Counted from the whole stretch's first letter, positions 51,623-63,340 are shown. The stretch: DNA of 63,384 nt, filler included, from Octopus bimaculoides (GCF_001194135.2; 8 parts of 7 records of this genome joined end to end with filler, not necessarily neighbours in it); one strand, 5' to 3'. Numbers and translations are program-made. Notes: a model not told the origin generated them from the letters alone.

Positions 51623-52683
51623 CGTGCGTGTGTTTGCGTGCTTGTGTGTGTGTATATGTGTATCTATCTATCTATTTATCTATCTATTTATATTTATGTA
51701 TGTATGTGTGTATGTTTTTCGTGTGTAATCATGCATCCTTGTGGAAAGTATGTACGTGTAGTATGCTCATATATTCACATAAACATTCACAGAGAGACAC
51801 ACGTACGCGCGCGCACACACACATACACACACATATAATGCATACACTGGCAAACTCATACTATAACGATGGAACTATCACTTTTGAAAGTTATGTAATC
51901 ATCTCCTTTTACTGTTGAATAATATACAGACTACACATTTTTATTTTTCCATTCTCCATCATACTCAACCTACTTTCATTTTACTATCTCAACTTTCTCT
52001 AAACTCAAACCTATCTTTAATTAATCATGAAAGTTTGTATCTTTCCTATTCCTTTACTCGATTATAAACTATATTACTTTCCTTGAAGATTTATTTGATG
52101 ATCTATCGCATTCAGCTTTGTTTTTCTTTTTTACACTATTTCATTCTTTTTTATTATATTTACAAATATGTCTTTTTTCTTTATTGATTTAGTCATTTAT
52201 TCTGCGTTTAGTCTTTGCATTATTTTCTCTTTTTTTTCATTAATTCATTGTTTCCTTATTTTCATCTTTTCATTTTCAATATGGCCTTTATTGAAGTATT
52301 TTTTGCCTTAGATTAATGTTTTGATCATGTCTTCTTTTCCTCTAAGAATTTCTACATTCGTATGCTCATATTTTATTTAATCTTTGAATCTTCAGCCATT
52401 CTTTCCTTTCATCCTGTTTGTTTCCGTGCCTTCTTTATCTCACAATTATTTTCAGAGATATTATCACTTTCGTTCTCACTATTACTTTAAAACCTTCCAT
52501 CCCTTAGCAGGTTTTTTCTCCTTCTATTCCACTGTTTTACAAACGGTTTCGCATCATGCTTAATATGGTGGGCTTTCAATAATCGAATTTATCTCAGAAA
52601 CTGTTACTTGCCAACGTTAACCCCTTTTAAGGTTAATCTTTAAAGTTATTTTCCTTCATATTCTTGCAACCAACATTATTCAG

Positions 52684-52753
52684 ATACATCTCAAAAGAGA
52701 GTCATTTAGCTGGAACATGTCTTTTAGAATGGCCATTCAGTGGAAGAATAACT
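52684..52753 (+). CDS. Candidate 70-nt exon (phase 2->0; RYISKESHLAGTCLLEWPFSGRIT)
   Basis: Pyrimidine-rich acceptor ending TTCAG, donor GTAAGA and an open frame. Confidence 0.55.
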
Positions 52754-53240
52754 GTAAGACATCGCATACCTGTGCGGAGAGAATTGTTTGAGAGGAGCAA
52801 TGAATAAAGCTTTAAACATCATACAAGAGTATCTAGTATTTTCTTTAAAGCTGTCATTAAAATCCAGTCGACATCAAATCGCAAGAGGAAATAGTGAACG
52901 CTTAGCTGCATAATGCAAGATAACTCAATGCATACTAGAAAGTAATTCTAGGTGAATGATATACAAACGCACAAAGTATACATATTTTGTGAACTGCTTT
53001 GTGCATAAAAATGTATTGAACATTTCCATACTTATCTATGAACAAAACACAGTTCTAATGTAAAGACTGATATTACTCTTTGTGTTTTCGAAACCAGTTG
53101 AAAACTAAATATAATAAGCTATGGAAACACTCTTTAGATATACAGTTCACTGGTTTATTACATAATTATTTATACCTACACATAATTACCCTTTACCTCT
53201 GAATACAAATAGAAATTGATTTATTTGGTAATTTATGCAG

Positions 53241-53357
53241 TGCAGTACTGGTTCTGAAAATCAGGATTTACAATGGTCTGATAATCTGTATTCTGCTCTA
53301 TGTGTATCCAATATCAACGTTATGAATATTAATGCTTTAGACCAAGATAACTATTGA
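53241..53357 (+). CDS. Candidate terminal exon (phase 0; CSTGSENQDLQWSDNLYSALCVSNINVMNINALDQDNY*)
   Basis: Acceptor TTTATGCAG, 38 open codons, TGA at 53355 and AATAAA near 53419. Confidence 0.5.
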   Translation, partial: CSTGSENQDLQWSDNLYSALCVSNINVMNINALDQDNY

Positions 53358-54017
53358 ATCTTATTCCCTCCAGTCTAGAAAGGCGCAGAAGGTTTGGCGG
53401 CCTTGACACACCTGTATAAATAAATTTAGAACGGTCTTACTTCTGTCGAGAGTCGGCATTACAAGCTATGTTCTATGTTCAGAAATCATTAGACGACGAA
53501 ATAAGGAACTGGGCATTGGATTGTTTCGAATAGCAGTTAGGTAAATTCATGGATGAAAGAAATGAAAGAGATTTAGAAGGATGGTTAATGTTTGTAGAAT
53601 AGCAAGAAAATATTGTAGAGTGGATGTTCAAATGTGATGAGGACTTTTAGGTCTAATTACTTATGTGTGGAGAGGTGATCTCAAGTTCATGGAAGCCGTT
53701 AATATTAAGTAGATGGCGAAATTGATAGAACGTCGGTTAAAGTAAATTTAATATTTCTTTAGTTCATCTCTCATCAGAGTGCAATTCATGCCTCCGAGAA
53801 CGAAGTACGCGTCGATAAACTAGGTAGAGGATGTGATGTAACAGACACTACACACTAGACATAGGTGCCCCAGTATGGTCAAAATTTTAAAAAAAGAACA
53901 GAAACTAATTTTTATCTTTTAGTAGTTTGATTCATTAGACTACGAAGAGTTTAGTCGAACAAATTAAACCCATTATTTACATTCGACGGATATTCGTCCT
54001 CATATTGTTTGTTGTTA

Positions 54018-54061
54018 ACACAACGTTTTGGCTGATATAACCTCCAGCCTTCTTCAGGTGT
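54018..54061 (-). ncRNA. Hammerhead motif, degenerate (G12->A)
   Basis: Minus strand: ACAC-CTGAAGA-A-GGCTG...CAGCC-AAAAC-GTT-GTGT. Confidence 0.45.
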
Positions 54062-54657
54062 CTTAGAGAAATTTCGAACCTGGGTTCGCAAATATCTCTT
54101 TCGAGTAAAACCACCAATAGAAGAGAATATGACCAAAGACTGCGTGTATTCCATCCCATGCAACTGTGGTAGGTTATACAAAGGCGAAACATGCGACCCC
54201 TTCAAAATAAGGGTAGAGGAACATCGCAAAGCTGTGACACGAGGAGATATTGATAAATCAGGTATAGCTGATCATGTATGGAAAAATGGAGACCACGTCC
54301 CCCTGTGGGATGAAGTTAAAATAATAGACAGAGAACACCACTGGAAAATACGAAGACTAAAAGAAGCAGCACGTATGCTAAGACACAACAACCTCCTAAG
54401 CAGATCGAGTGCAGATATGAGCAGCATATGGGAACCGGTATTAAGGAAGGATAGAAAAATATTAGATTTATAAGCCCTAAAATTCACTACATAATTGCCC
54501 ACGGGTATATGGCGTAGGGTTACTAACCCCAAGATTCCGAGTTCGATTCCAAGGAGTGACCTGAACAATAATAATAATACTAATAACATCGAAAAATACC
54601 TTAGGAATGGGAACCCAGGTTCCTAAGGTATTTATCGATGTTATTATTATTGCTGCT

Positions 54658-54731
54658 CAGGTCACTGCTTGGAATCGAACTCAGAATCTTGGGGTTAGTA
54701 GCCCGCACTTTTAACCACTACGCCATATGCC
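54658..54731 (-). promoter_or_regulatory. tRNA-like (Pol III A/B-box) sequence in the PLE 3' region; not a functional tRNA
   Basis: GGCATATGGCGTAGTGGTTAA (A-box), GGG-CTACTAA-CCC anticodon-like arm and GAGTTCGATTCC (B-box); no acceptor stem. A partly deleted + copy lies at ~54503-54562. Confidence 0.6.
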
Positions 54732-54977
54732 AGTGGACATTGTTGAAGTGAATTTTAGGGCACATAAATCTAATATTTTTCTATCCTTCCTTAATACCGG
54801 TTTCCATATGCTGCTCATATCTGCACTCGGCCTGCTTAGGAGGTTGTTGTGTCCTAGCATATGTGCTACTTCTTTTAGTTTTCGTATTTTCTAGTGGTGT
54901 TCTCTGTCTATTATTTTAACATTATCCCACAGGGGGAGGTGGTCTCCATTTTTCCATACATGATCAAGACACCTAAG

Positions 54978-55021
54978 ACACCTGGAGAAGGCTGGAGGGT
55001 ATATCAGCCGAAACGTTATGT
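54978..55021 (+). ncRNA. Hammerhead motif, degenerate (CTGGAGA core)
   Basis: ACAC-CTGGAGA-A-GGCTG...CAGCC-GAAAC-GTT-ATGT. Confidence 0.45.
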
Positions 55022-56129
55022 AACAACAAACAAGATGAGGACAAATATCCGTCGAATGTAAACAATGTAAATAATGTACATAATTCCTCATCTCTTAAAT
55101 ATAGAACTGAAACTAGACTCAGCCCTTATTTTTTAGACACTGGTTCTTATTCTATCGGTTAGATTTGCCGAACCGCAACGAAGACGTAAACACTGGTTGT
55201 CAAGCGATGGTGGGGAAGCGATACAAAAACAAAGACACACACTTGCATACATACATACGTACATACATACACACACCAACACAAATATACGACAGACTTC
55301 TTTTAGTCTCAAGGTGCCATGCAGTGAGACTGAAACCAAAACCATATGAATCAGAGACAACTTACCACAAAGTCAAGGTTAAAGAAATTAGAGAATTAAT
55401 ACATAATAGTAACTCTAACGATATTCCTTCGAGTTTAAATTCTTTTTACGGGGTCGATAAATTAAGCACCAGTTGCATACTGGAGGTTGATCTAATCGAC
55501 TGGACCCCTCCCCAAAATTTCGGGCCTTGTGCCAAGAATAGAAAGGAATACGGCATATGCTCATGTACTTTTGAGAGAAGTTATATATAGTAGATAATGT
55601 GGATCTTGGTAGGAGATTACTATTTAATTTGTTGAACCCGGATGAGTGACAGGCAAATGCAACTTATTTTTTGAGTTCAAGAGCAACAGAGATTTTGTTT
55701 CACAGCCTAGCGTTTCAAACTCTATATCATTCTGTAGTATAAAAAATAAAGGATAAATTCCAACCATAGATATATAGGATAATATTAAAAATATTGAGGC
55801 AGTATAAATAAAATCATATGACTATAATCTTTATAATTTTGTCTTTCTTTCTCTTTCACAATTTAATACCAAAGACATTGATATTAAATATAACTACAAA
55901 ACAGATATTGAAAAATGACAGTATGAAATTAATTGGGACTACAGAGAATTTAATTTATTTAATATGCAACAGAAGGAGGCACATTACAAATATCATCCGA
56001 AAGAACAGGCAATCGTGTTTGATGAAAAATTAATTAGGATTTCTTACAAAATTTTGAGTCCTTATTTATAAGTTTTATATATTGGTTGTTTATGAATACA
56101 ACATATACATACCCTTCGGGATGCAGGTA

Positions 56130-57065
56130 TACACATTAAAAACCAATACAATGATTCAAACTGCACCAGGCAAGTACTGTCCACCCACAAACATTAGCAT
56201 CAACGGCCAACCCCTAGAAGAAGTTGAACACTTCACATACTTTGGAAATATCCTGTAGAAGACCCCCATTGTGTGAAAAAGACGTAGAGAACTGGAATGG
56301 GGCGGACCACTCTGCTTTTGGCAGACTCAGCCAACGTGTATTCTTCAATCACGTGTTGACCATCCAGACAAAAGTCATGGTCTTTCGTGTCATTGTCCTG
56401 TCATCTCTACGCTTGTGAGACTTGGACGTTGTACCGCCGTGACTTCAAGCGCCTTGAATGCTTCCAGGAATCGAAGCTACGAAAGATCTCCAACATACAA
56501 TGGAAAGATCACGTTACCAACAACGAGGTTCTTCGCTGCGCCTCACTAACAAATGTCGAAGCCACCATTCTCTGCCATCGTCTCCGGTGGGCAGGTCACG
56601 TCCAGCGTATGAAGTTCTGTCATCTCTCAAGGATCATGCTCTACGGGGAACTTGCAATCGGAACAAGACCCAGAGGAGGTCCGAAATTCCGTTTTGAAGA
56701 CAAGCTCAAGCAGACCTGCACTCAAGCAGACCTGCACTCAAGCAGACCGGCACTCAAGCTAACATTCAGCCATCCTCATGGGAACAGATTGCCATGGATA
56801 GGACAGCATGAAGGACTGCTATCCGCACTGGCGCCAGCTCCTTCGAGCAGAACAGACAACAGAATGAGGAGGCAAAACGCAGGAGAAGAAAGGAGGGTCT
56901 TCAACATCCTCGACCTGCACCGAGCATTCTGTGCGAGTTCTGCCCACGACTCTTTCACCACCGAGTTGGACTCCAAAGTCACTTTCGGCACAAACATCAG
57001 CCGAGGAACTGGATGGAAACTGACGAACCCAATGCTCGGACACAAGCTAGAGCCGACGATAAATA
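56130..57065 (+). mobile_element. RTE-clade LINE 3' fragment with terminal C2H2 finger and (TATC)n tail
   Basis: INGQPLEEVEHFTY.G.., YACETWTLYRR..KRLE.FQ..KLRKI.NI.WKD.VTN.EVL...RLRWAGHV.RM...LYGEL..G.R.RGGPK.RF.D.LK; CEFC-x12-H..H at ~56931-56996. Confidence 0.9.
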
Positions 57066-57073
57066 CATACGCA

Positions 57074-57127
<54 letters not shown>

Positions 57128-57961
57128 CCTATCTATCTCTCTTTCTCTGTCACTTCTCCTCTCTCTCTCTCTCTCCGTATATATATATATATATATCTTC
57201 AAATATGAAATAGAAGCAGCGTTAGTGCTATAAGTATTGTGAACCCCTATATGCCTCGTATATTTTACTGCAGGCAGCGAATATGGTGAGGTGGAGAATA
57301 CTCTCTCAAAAGCCATGGACAGGTGACATAACTCACTTCTAATCCAATCCAGGAGTGATGGCCATCGATGTTTCCCCATTTTCGTGACTTATCAGTACCA
57401 CATTTTTGTACAGGATCAGAGATGAATCATATCACCACTCCACGATTTATATGCATATAGCGTGCAAGCTATGTGCGGGTAAACTTTGAGAGAGTATTCT
57501 CCACTACGCGAAATTGCAGCTTACTGGTAAATACTGATGCCAAGATGTTACATAATGTTACACGGGTCTGTACGGGATTTTTACATTAATAAATATGAAA
57601 ATCAAAGGAAGTGAGTGATAAAGAAATGTTAACTGTTGTCTCTCCTGCATTATCCCTGGGATTTTGCAAGAAAATCCACTCACCATGATTTAGTTAATTA
57701 ATTTATCCCTTAATCGACTTATGCGAGAATGATCGTGCACGTTCAAATTTATAAATCTATACGTACACATATATGTACACATACATCCATACAAAATATA
57801 CATGCACACGGAGACCGCGCTACCACACAAAAATACACACGTATGTATATGTATGTATATATNNNNNNNNNNNNNNNNNNNNNNNNNNNNNNNNNNNNNN
57901 NNNNNNTTAATTAATTAANNNNNNNNNNNNNNNNNNNNNNNNNNNNNNNNNNNNNNNNNNN

Positions 57962-58270
57962 NTGGGTCTTTGGTTTCGTTATTTTTCGGGAGGAGGTAAG
58001 TAATACCATTTGCCATCTAATGGGGAGTTTTTTCTGGGTCTTTCATAATACTATTAAATAGTATTACTAAGATTTTGTGTGCGGACGAGAGTGATGAGAA
58101 CCAGAAATTTGGTACTCTATCAGTACCAGGGGATTTCCACTTATGAGCCTTCGTTAGTGCCCTCCTTAGGTCAGCGACTGAGATGTCTTCCCATACCTGT
58201 TCTTGTAGATTTTTGTAGGCATCTTGGGTGCGTTTGATCCAGTCTGCATTTTCATTGTATGGTTTCTCAT
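57962..58270 (-). mobile_element. R4/Dong-type LINE fragment (region just upstream of RT domain 1)
   Basis: ORF 58017..58379 ...WEDISVADLRRALTKAHKWKSPGTDRVPNFW..., abutting (TTA)n. Confidence 0.75.
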
Positions 58271-58310
58271 TATTATTATTATTATTATGATGATTATTAT
58301 TATTATTATT

Positions 58311-58506
58311 AAGGTAGTGAGCTGGCAGAATCATTAGCACTCTGGGCATAATGCTTAGTGATATTTTGTTTGAGTTCAAATTCAGCCAAAATCGACTTTG
58401 CTTTTCATCCTTTTGGAGTCAATAAATTAAGTACCAGTGAAACACTGGGATCAATGTAATCAACTACCCACCTCTCACAAATTTCAGGCCTTGTGCTTAT
58501 AGTAGA

Positions 58507-58558
<52 letters not shown>

Positions 58559-58970
58559 GTTATTATTATTATTATTATTAAGGTGGTAAGCTGGACAAAA
58601 TGTTCAGTGATATTTCGTCTGTCTTTATGTTTTGAGTTCAAATTCTGCTGAGGTCAACTTTGCCTTTCATCCTTTCAGGGTCAATAAAATAAGTACCAGT
58701 TGAATACTGGGGTTGATCTAATCGACTCATCCTCTCCCCCAAAACTGCGACCCTTGTTGCAAAATTTGAAACCATTATTATTATTAAGGTGGTGAGCTGG
58801 CAAAATTGTTAGCATGCTGAGAAAAATGCTCCGGGCATTTCTGAGTTCAAATGTTGCCAGGGCTGATCAAATAAGTATCAGTCGAAAACTGGGGAGGGGT
58901 GGGGATCAGTTACACTGACCCCCCCACCCTTCTCCCGAAATTGCTGGCCTTGTGCCAAAATTTGAAATCA
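58311..58970 (+). mobile_element. Three head-to-tail SINE family B copies separated by (TTA)n
   Basis: AAGGT(A/G)GT(G/A)AGCTGG heads at 58311, 58580 and 58786, each with the GAGTTCAAAT B-box. Confidence 0.8.
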
Positions 58971-59234
58971 TTGTTTTGTTTTTTGATTTTTGTATGTTTT
59001 TCTCACCTTTGTCGCTGTTTATCTATTTCTGTGTCATGGCTTATTTACAAGACAAGGGGAAATTCGATTTCATTATATTTTGGCTCCATCCAAAGGATGC
59101 ATAATTCTACAATGAATCTAAGAAATGAAAGAGAAAAAAGAAATCGAAAGGTGGTGGGGGTAAAGTAGCAGAAGATGGAAGGGGCAGGGGCAGTGGGCCA
59201 CATATCCCAGAACAAGTGAGGTACTCAGCCACCC

Positions 59235-59270
<36 letters not shown>

Positions 59271-59329
59271 ATACACACACAGAGTAATGATTGTGATGGT
59301 GGTGTCACAGAGAATGGCCAGTGACACTC

Positions 59330-59560
59330 ACTGTAGTAGCCACTCCAACTCACAGGGCTCGTCTCTTTGACAGGGCTGCCATTATCCCAATTTTGCAGAG
59401 GAAATTGGTAGCTTGGGGTCCTAGAACACCTGACATCTTGACAGGGACCAGCACAAATTGATAGCTGTTGGCCTGGTCGGTGTATTCTATGTTGAGAAGT
59501 AGGGATGTGATCCACAGAGGACCAGCTTCATTTTGATGTATGATACATGTTCCTGTGTTG
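59330..59560 (-). mobile_element. Possible CRE/NeSL-like LINE RLE C-terminal remnant
   Basis: EAG.......EY.D.ANSYQFVLVPVKMSGVLGPQATNFLCKIG resembles the F.PxAxETxGxxGPxAxxFL motif; heavily degenerate. Confidence 0.4.
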
Positions 59561-60239
59561 GTAATTATACCTGTCCTAAACAAAATGGCATTACTTTTTG
59601 ACTCACCCTCGTATGTTTTTTAACATTTTGAATTTCACATGTTTTGTACTCAACAATAACAACAAATCAAAAGAACAACACTTCTAGAATTATATTTAAA
59701 AAATAGGCAAATAAAGAAAAATGAGATATTTGTAGTTAAAAAGAAAAAAAGAAGATTTTTAAGAAGAAATCATTAGCATCATTTAAGGTTTTCCGTGCTG
59801 GCATAGGTTGTGCCAGGACACAGAAAGGGTCTCAATTAAAATTGCTAATAGTGAGAATAACAACAACTTCTAAATATAGACAAGTTTCGGTCTGAGAATG
59901 GGCAAAATTGCGTCACAACTGATTCTGTTTCCTTATGAGAAAAACTTGTTCAGGAGTGGTGTACTTCTGCCTTACAAAAGGAAAGGGCTTTCTGTATGCC
60001 CTTAAAACAATGACTAAAAGAGGCATTAGCCAGTGTATGAACCAACATCTTATTCATTGACCAGAAGGAAGCTTATGCTGCCATCTGCCTGAGCTTCAAG
60101 ATCAATGGTGAGACATGAGAGCAGGCAGAATGAGCACGAGAAACATTCACTCATGGGCCCTTAATGCACTGCATTGTCAATTGGGACACAAAAGCGACAG
60201 CAATGACATCATAAGCAGTGACCTTGGTCCCTCTTCTGT

Positions 60240-60477
60240 TGTCATTTATCTCCCGTCTGGATCTCTGACGTCATCTGACAAATGCCAACCAGGATGGTGT
60301 GAATCAGCCAAGCTTTACCTGCTAGAAATAATAACACAAATGCTTTTAAATCAGATCTCAATGCTGGATGTTCGAGAACCAAATAAAGGACAGATTTTCA
60401 ATCCTAAGATCATTCTATTTCTATGTCGAACAATTGTAGACTGAAGTACAGAGGTCCCAGACGGGAGATAAATGACA
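60240..60477. mobile_element. Candidate 238-bp MITE
   Basis: Perfect 21-bp inverted repeats TGTCATTTATCTCCCGTCTGG (60240-60260) and CCAGACGGGAGATAAATGACA (60457-60477); no clear TSD. Confidence 0.55.
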
Positions 60478-60577
60478 TTCACTTTGTTAATTTTACGTTG
60501 AGATAAGAGCTTTGGGACAAATTGGCCAACAGTTGGAATTCAACTTGGGATTGGAACAATAGAATGATTCATAATGA

Positions 60578-61605
60578 TCATCATCATCATCGTTTAACTT
60601 CTGTTTTCCATGCTGACATGGGTTCGACGGTTTGACTGAGGTTTGGAGAGCCAACATGCTTCTACAGCTGGATGTTCTTCCTAATGCCAACCACTCCGAG
60701 AGTGTAGTGGGTGCTTTTTACATGCCACTGGCATGGGAGCCAATCAGGTGGACCTGGCATCGACCACATTCGGACAAGTGTTTTTTACATACCACCGGAA
60801 CAGGAGTGAGTCAGGGGACACTGGCCACAGCTAAGATTTTGGTTTTACTTGACTCAACAGGTCTTCTCAAGCATATCATATCACCTGACGCATCAAGGGT
60901 TCTCTTAAATGGGCCGGACCTGCAACACCTGCATCGCCCATGGCTGTGATCCCACTTTAGTTGCTGGGTCTTCTCAATCACATCATATCTCCAAAGGTCC
61001 CATTTTCCCGTCATTGCCACCTCATCCCAAGTCTTCCTGGGTCTACCTCTTCCATAGATTCTTTCCACAGTTAGGGAGTGGCACTTCTTCACACAGCTGT
61101 CCTCATCCATACACAACACATGACCATACCTATGCAGTCGTCTCTCTTACACACTACATTTGATGCTTCATATGCCCAACTTTTCTCTCAGGATGCTTAC
61201 ACTCTGTCGTACATGCATACTGACATTACCCATCTAGCAGAGCATACTAGCTTCATTTCTTGTAAGCTTACACATGTCCTCAGCAGTCATGGCCCATGTT
61301 TCACTGCTGTGTAGCATGGCAGTTCACACACATGCATCATACTTACTAAGACTTTGGTTTTTGCTAGGTTAAACCTAAGGCCCTTCTATTCTAGACCTTG
61401 CTTCCACACCCTAAACTTCGTCTCTAGTTCTTGGCTATTAGAACAAGGTCGTAAGCATAGAGGAGCTTCCAGGGGTAGCCTGTCTTGAATTCCTCTGTTA
61501 TTGTCTAGAGGACTATAATGAATGAGGAGGCTGTAGGACTGATCCTTGGTGGACCCCCACTTCTGTCTTGAATTCTTCACTATACTTGTTGCCAACCCTC
61601 ACCTT
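60578..61605 (-). mobile_element. RTE LINE 3' fragment with internal deletion and (GAT)n tail
   Basis: ORF 60811..61119 ...CVKKCHSLTVERIYGRGRPRKTWDEV; colinear with the + copy at 61860-63340. Confidence 0.85.
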
Positions 61606-61699
61606 AGAATTAATTTACATCCATCCTTAACTTCTGATCAAACACCACTAGGGCATATACTCATTATAGATGTATTATAATCATGCTATTTAGCTCCCT

Positions 61700-63339
61700 T
61701 TAGTTTTGGACGACATGCCCAATGAGCCCTCTTCAGGAACGAGATGAAAAGTCTGCTGAGTTCAACTTTTAAGCTAGTCCCCCGATCCCTTATCTGGTGG
61801 TCAATGTGGAAACTCAGGATAGATGTAGTTAGTGAGAGCTATACATGAATACTATCATTAAGGTGAAGATTTGCAATAAGTATAGTGAAAAATTTTGAGT
61901 AGGGGTAGGGGTTCATCAAGGATCAGTTCTCAGCCCCCTGTTATTCATCATAGTTCTCCAGGCAATAACAGAAGAATTCAAGACAGGATGCCCCTGGGAG
62001 CTCCTCTATACTGTTGACCTAGCTCTAATAGCAGAGTCACTATCAGAACTAGAGAAGTTTCAGGTGTGGAAGCAAGGTCTAGAATCAAAGGGCCTTAGAG
62101 TCAATCTAGCAAAAACCAAAGTCTTAATAAGTAGGAAGGCAGACAAACCACAAATCCCTTCAGGTAGATGGCCCTGCTTGATCTGTAGAAAAGGCATAGG
62201 TAGAAATTCCATAAGATGTACCCGGTGCAAGCTTTAGACACATAAGAGGTGCAGCAATATCAAAGGAAGGCTAACTAGGAAGATAGTTTTTGTGTGTGGC
62301 AAATGCACAGAAAACAGCTTCCGTCACATCCCAGGGGGAAAAAGTAGAAGCAGTTGATAACTTCCGTTACTTAGGTGACCAAGATAGTGGCTGAGGGTGG
62401 ATGCTTTGAGAGTGTAGCTGCTAAAATAAGAATAGCATGGAAAAGTTCAGAGAGCTCCTACCTCTGCTGGTGAAAAAATGCCTCTCACCCAGAGTAAAAG
62501 GTAGACTGTATGATGTCTGTGTACGAACAGCCATGCTACACAGCAGTGAAAAATAGGCCGTGACTGCTGAAAACATGTGTAAGCTTACAAGAAATGAAGC
62601 TAGTATGCTCCGCTGGATGTGTAATGTCAGTGTGCATACACAACAGAGTATAACCACTCTGAGAGAGTTGGACATAAGACGCATCAGATGTGGTGTGCAA
62701 GAGAGACAACTGCGCTGGTATGATCATGTGGTGAGAATGGATAAGGACAGCTGTGAGAAAAAGTGCCACACTCTAGCAGTTGAGGGAACTTGTGGAAGAG
62801 GTAGACCCAGTAAGATTTGAGATGAGGAGGTGAAGCACGACCTTCGAAAGTTTGGCCTCACAGGAGCAATAACAAGTGACCGAGATCTTTGGAGATATGC
62901 TTGAGAACACCCGGCAAACCAAGTAAGACCGTAACCGTGACCTATGCCAGTGTAGCATAACCAGTCCATTTAAGAGTGCTTGAGTAAAATCATTGTCGTG
63001 GCCAATGCCAGTACCGCCTGACTGGCACCCGTGCTGGTGGCATGTAAAAGACCCCATTTGAGCATGATCAATGCTAGCGTCACCTGACTGGTTCCCCTGC
63101 TGGTGGGACATAAAAAGCACCATTCAAGCATAGTTGATGCCAGTACCGCCTAATTGGCACTTGTGCCACTGAAATGTAAAAAGGAGTGGTTGGTGTTAGG
63201 AAGGGCATCCAGCTGAAGAAAACTTTGCTAGATATGATTGCAGCCTGGTGCATCCTTCTGGCTTGCCACCCATCAAACAAACCGTCTGACCCATGCCAGC
63301 AATGAAAACGGACGTTAAATGACAACGACGACGACGATG

Positions 63340-63340
<1 letters not shown>
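61700..63340 (+). mobile_element. RTE LINE 3' half (RT core, PHD-like insert, thumb, 3' UTR), degenerate
   Basis: GVGVHQGSVLSPLLFIIVL...ELLYTVDL (degenerate YADD), GLRVNLAKTK, RNEASMLRWMCNV...RQLRWYDHVVRM...GRGRP; tail ending GACGACGATGA. Confidence 0.9.

Larger units (their letters stand above)
53975..55110. mobile_element. Rearranged Penelope-like element (probably Poseidon type) with inverted pseudo-LTR segments
   Basis: GIY-YIG ORF 54129..54473 (CVYSIPCNCGRLYKGET...RVEEH...SGIADHVW...IIDREHHWKIRRLKEA); inverted arms 54269-54607/54620-54966; hammerhead segments at both ends in opposite orientation. Confidence 0.85.

Noticed and set aside
54658-54731. Functional tRNA gene
   Set aside because: No acceptor stem pairing and an atypical ACT anticodon; it is embedded in a TE. 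SINE heads were rejected as tRNAs for the same reasons.
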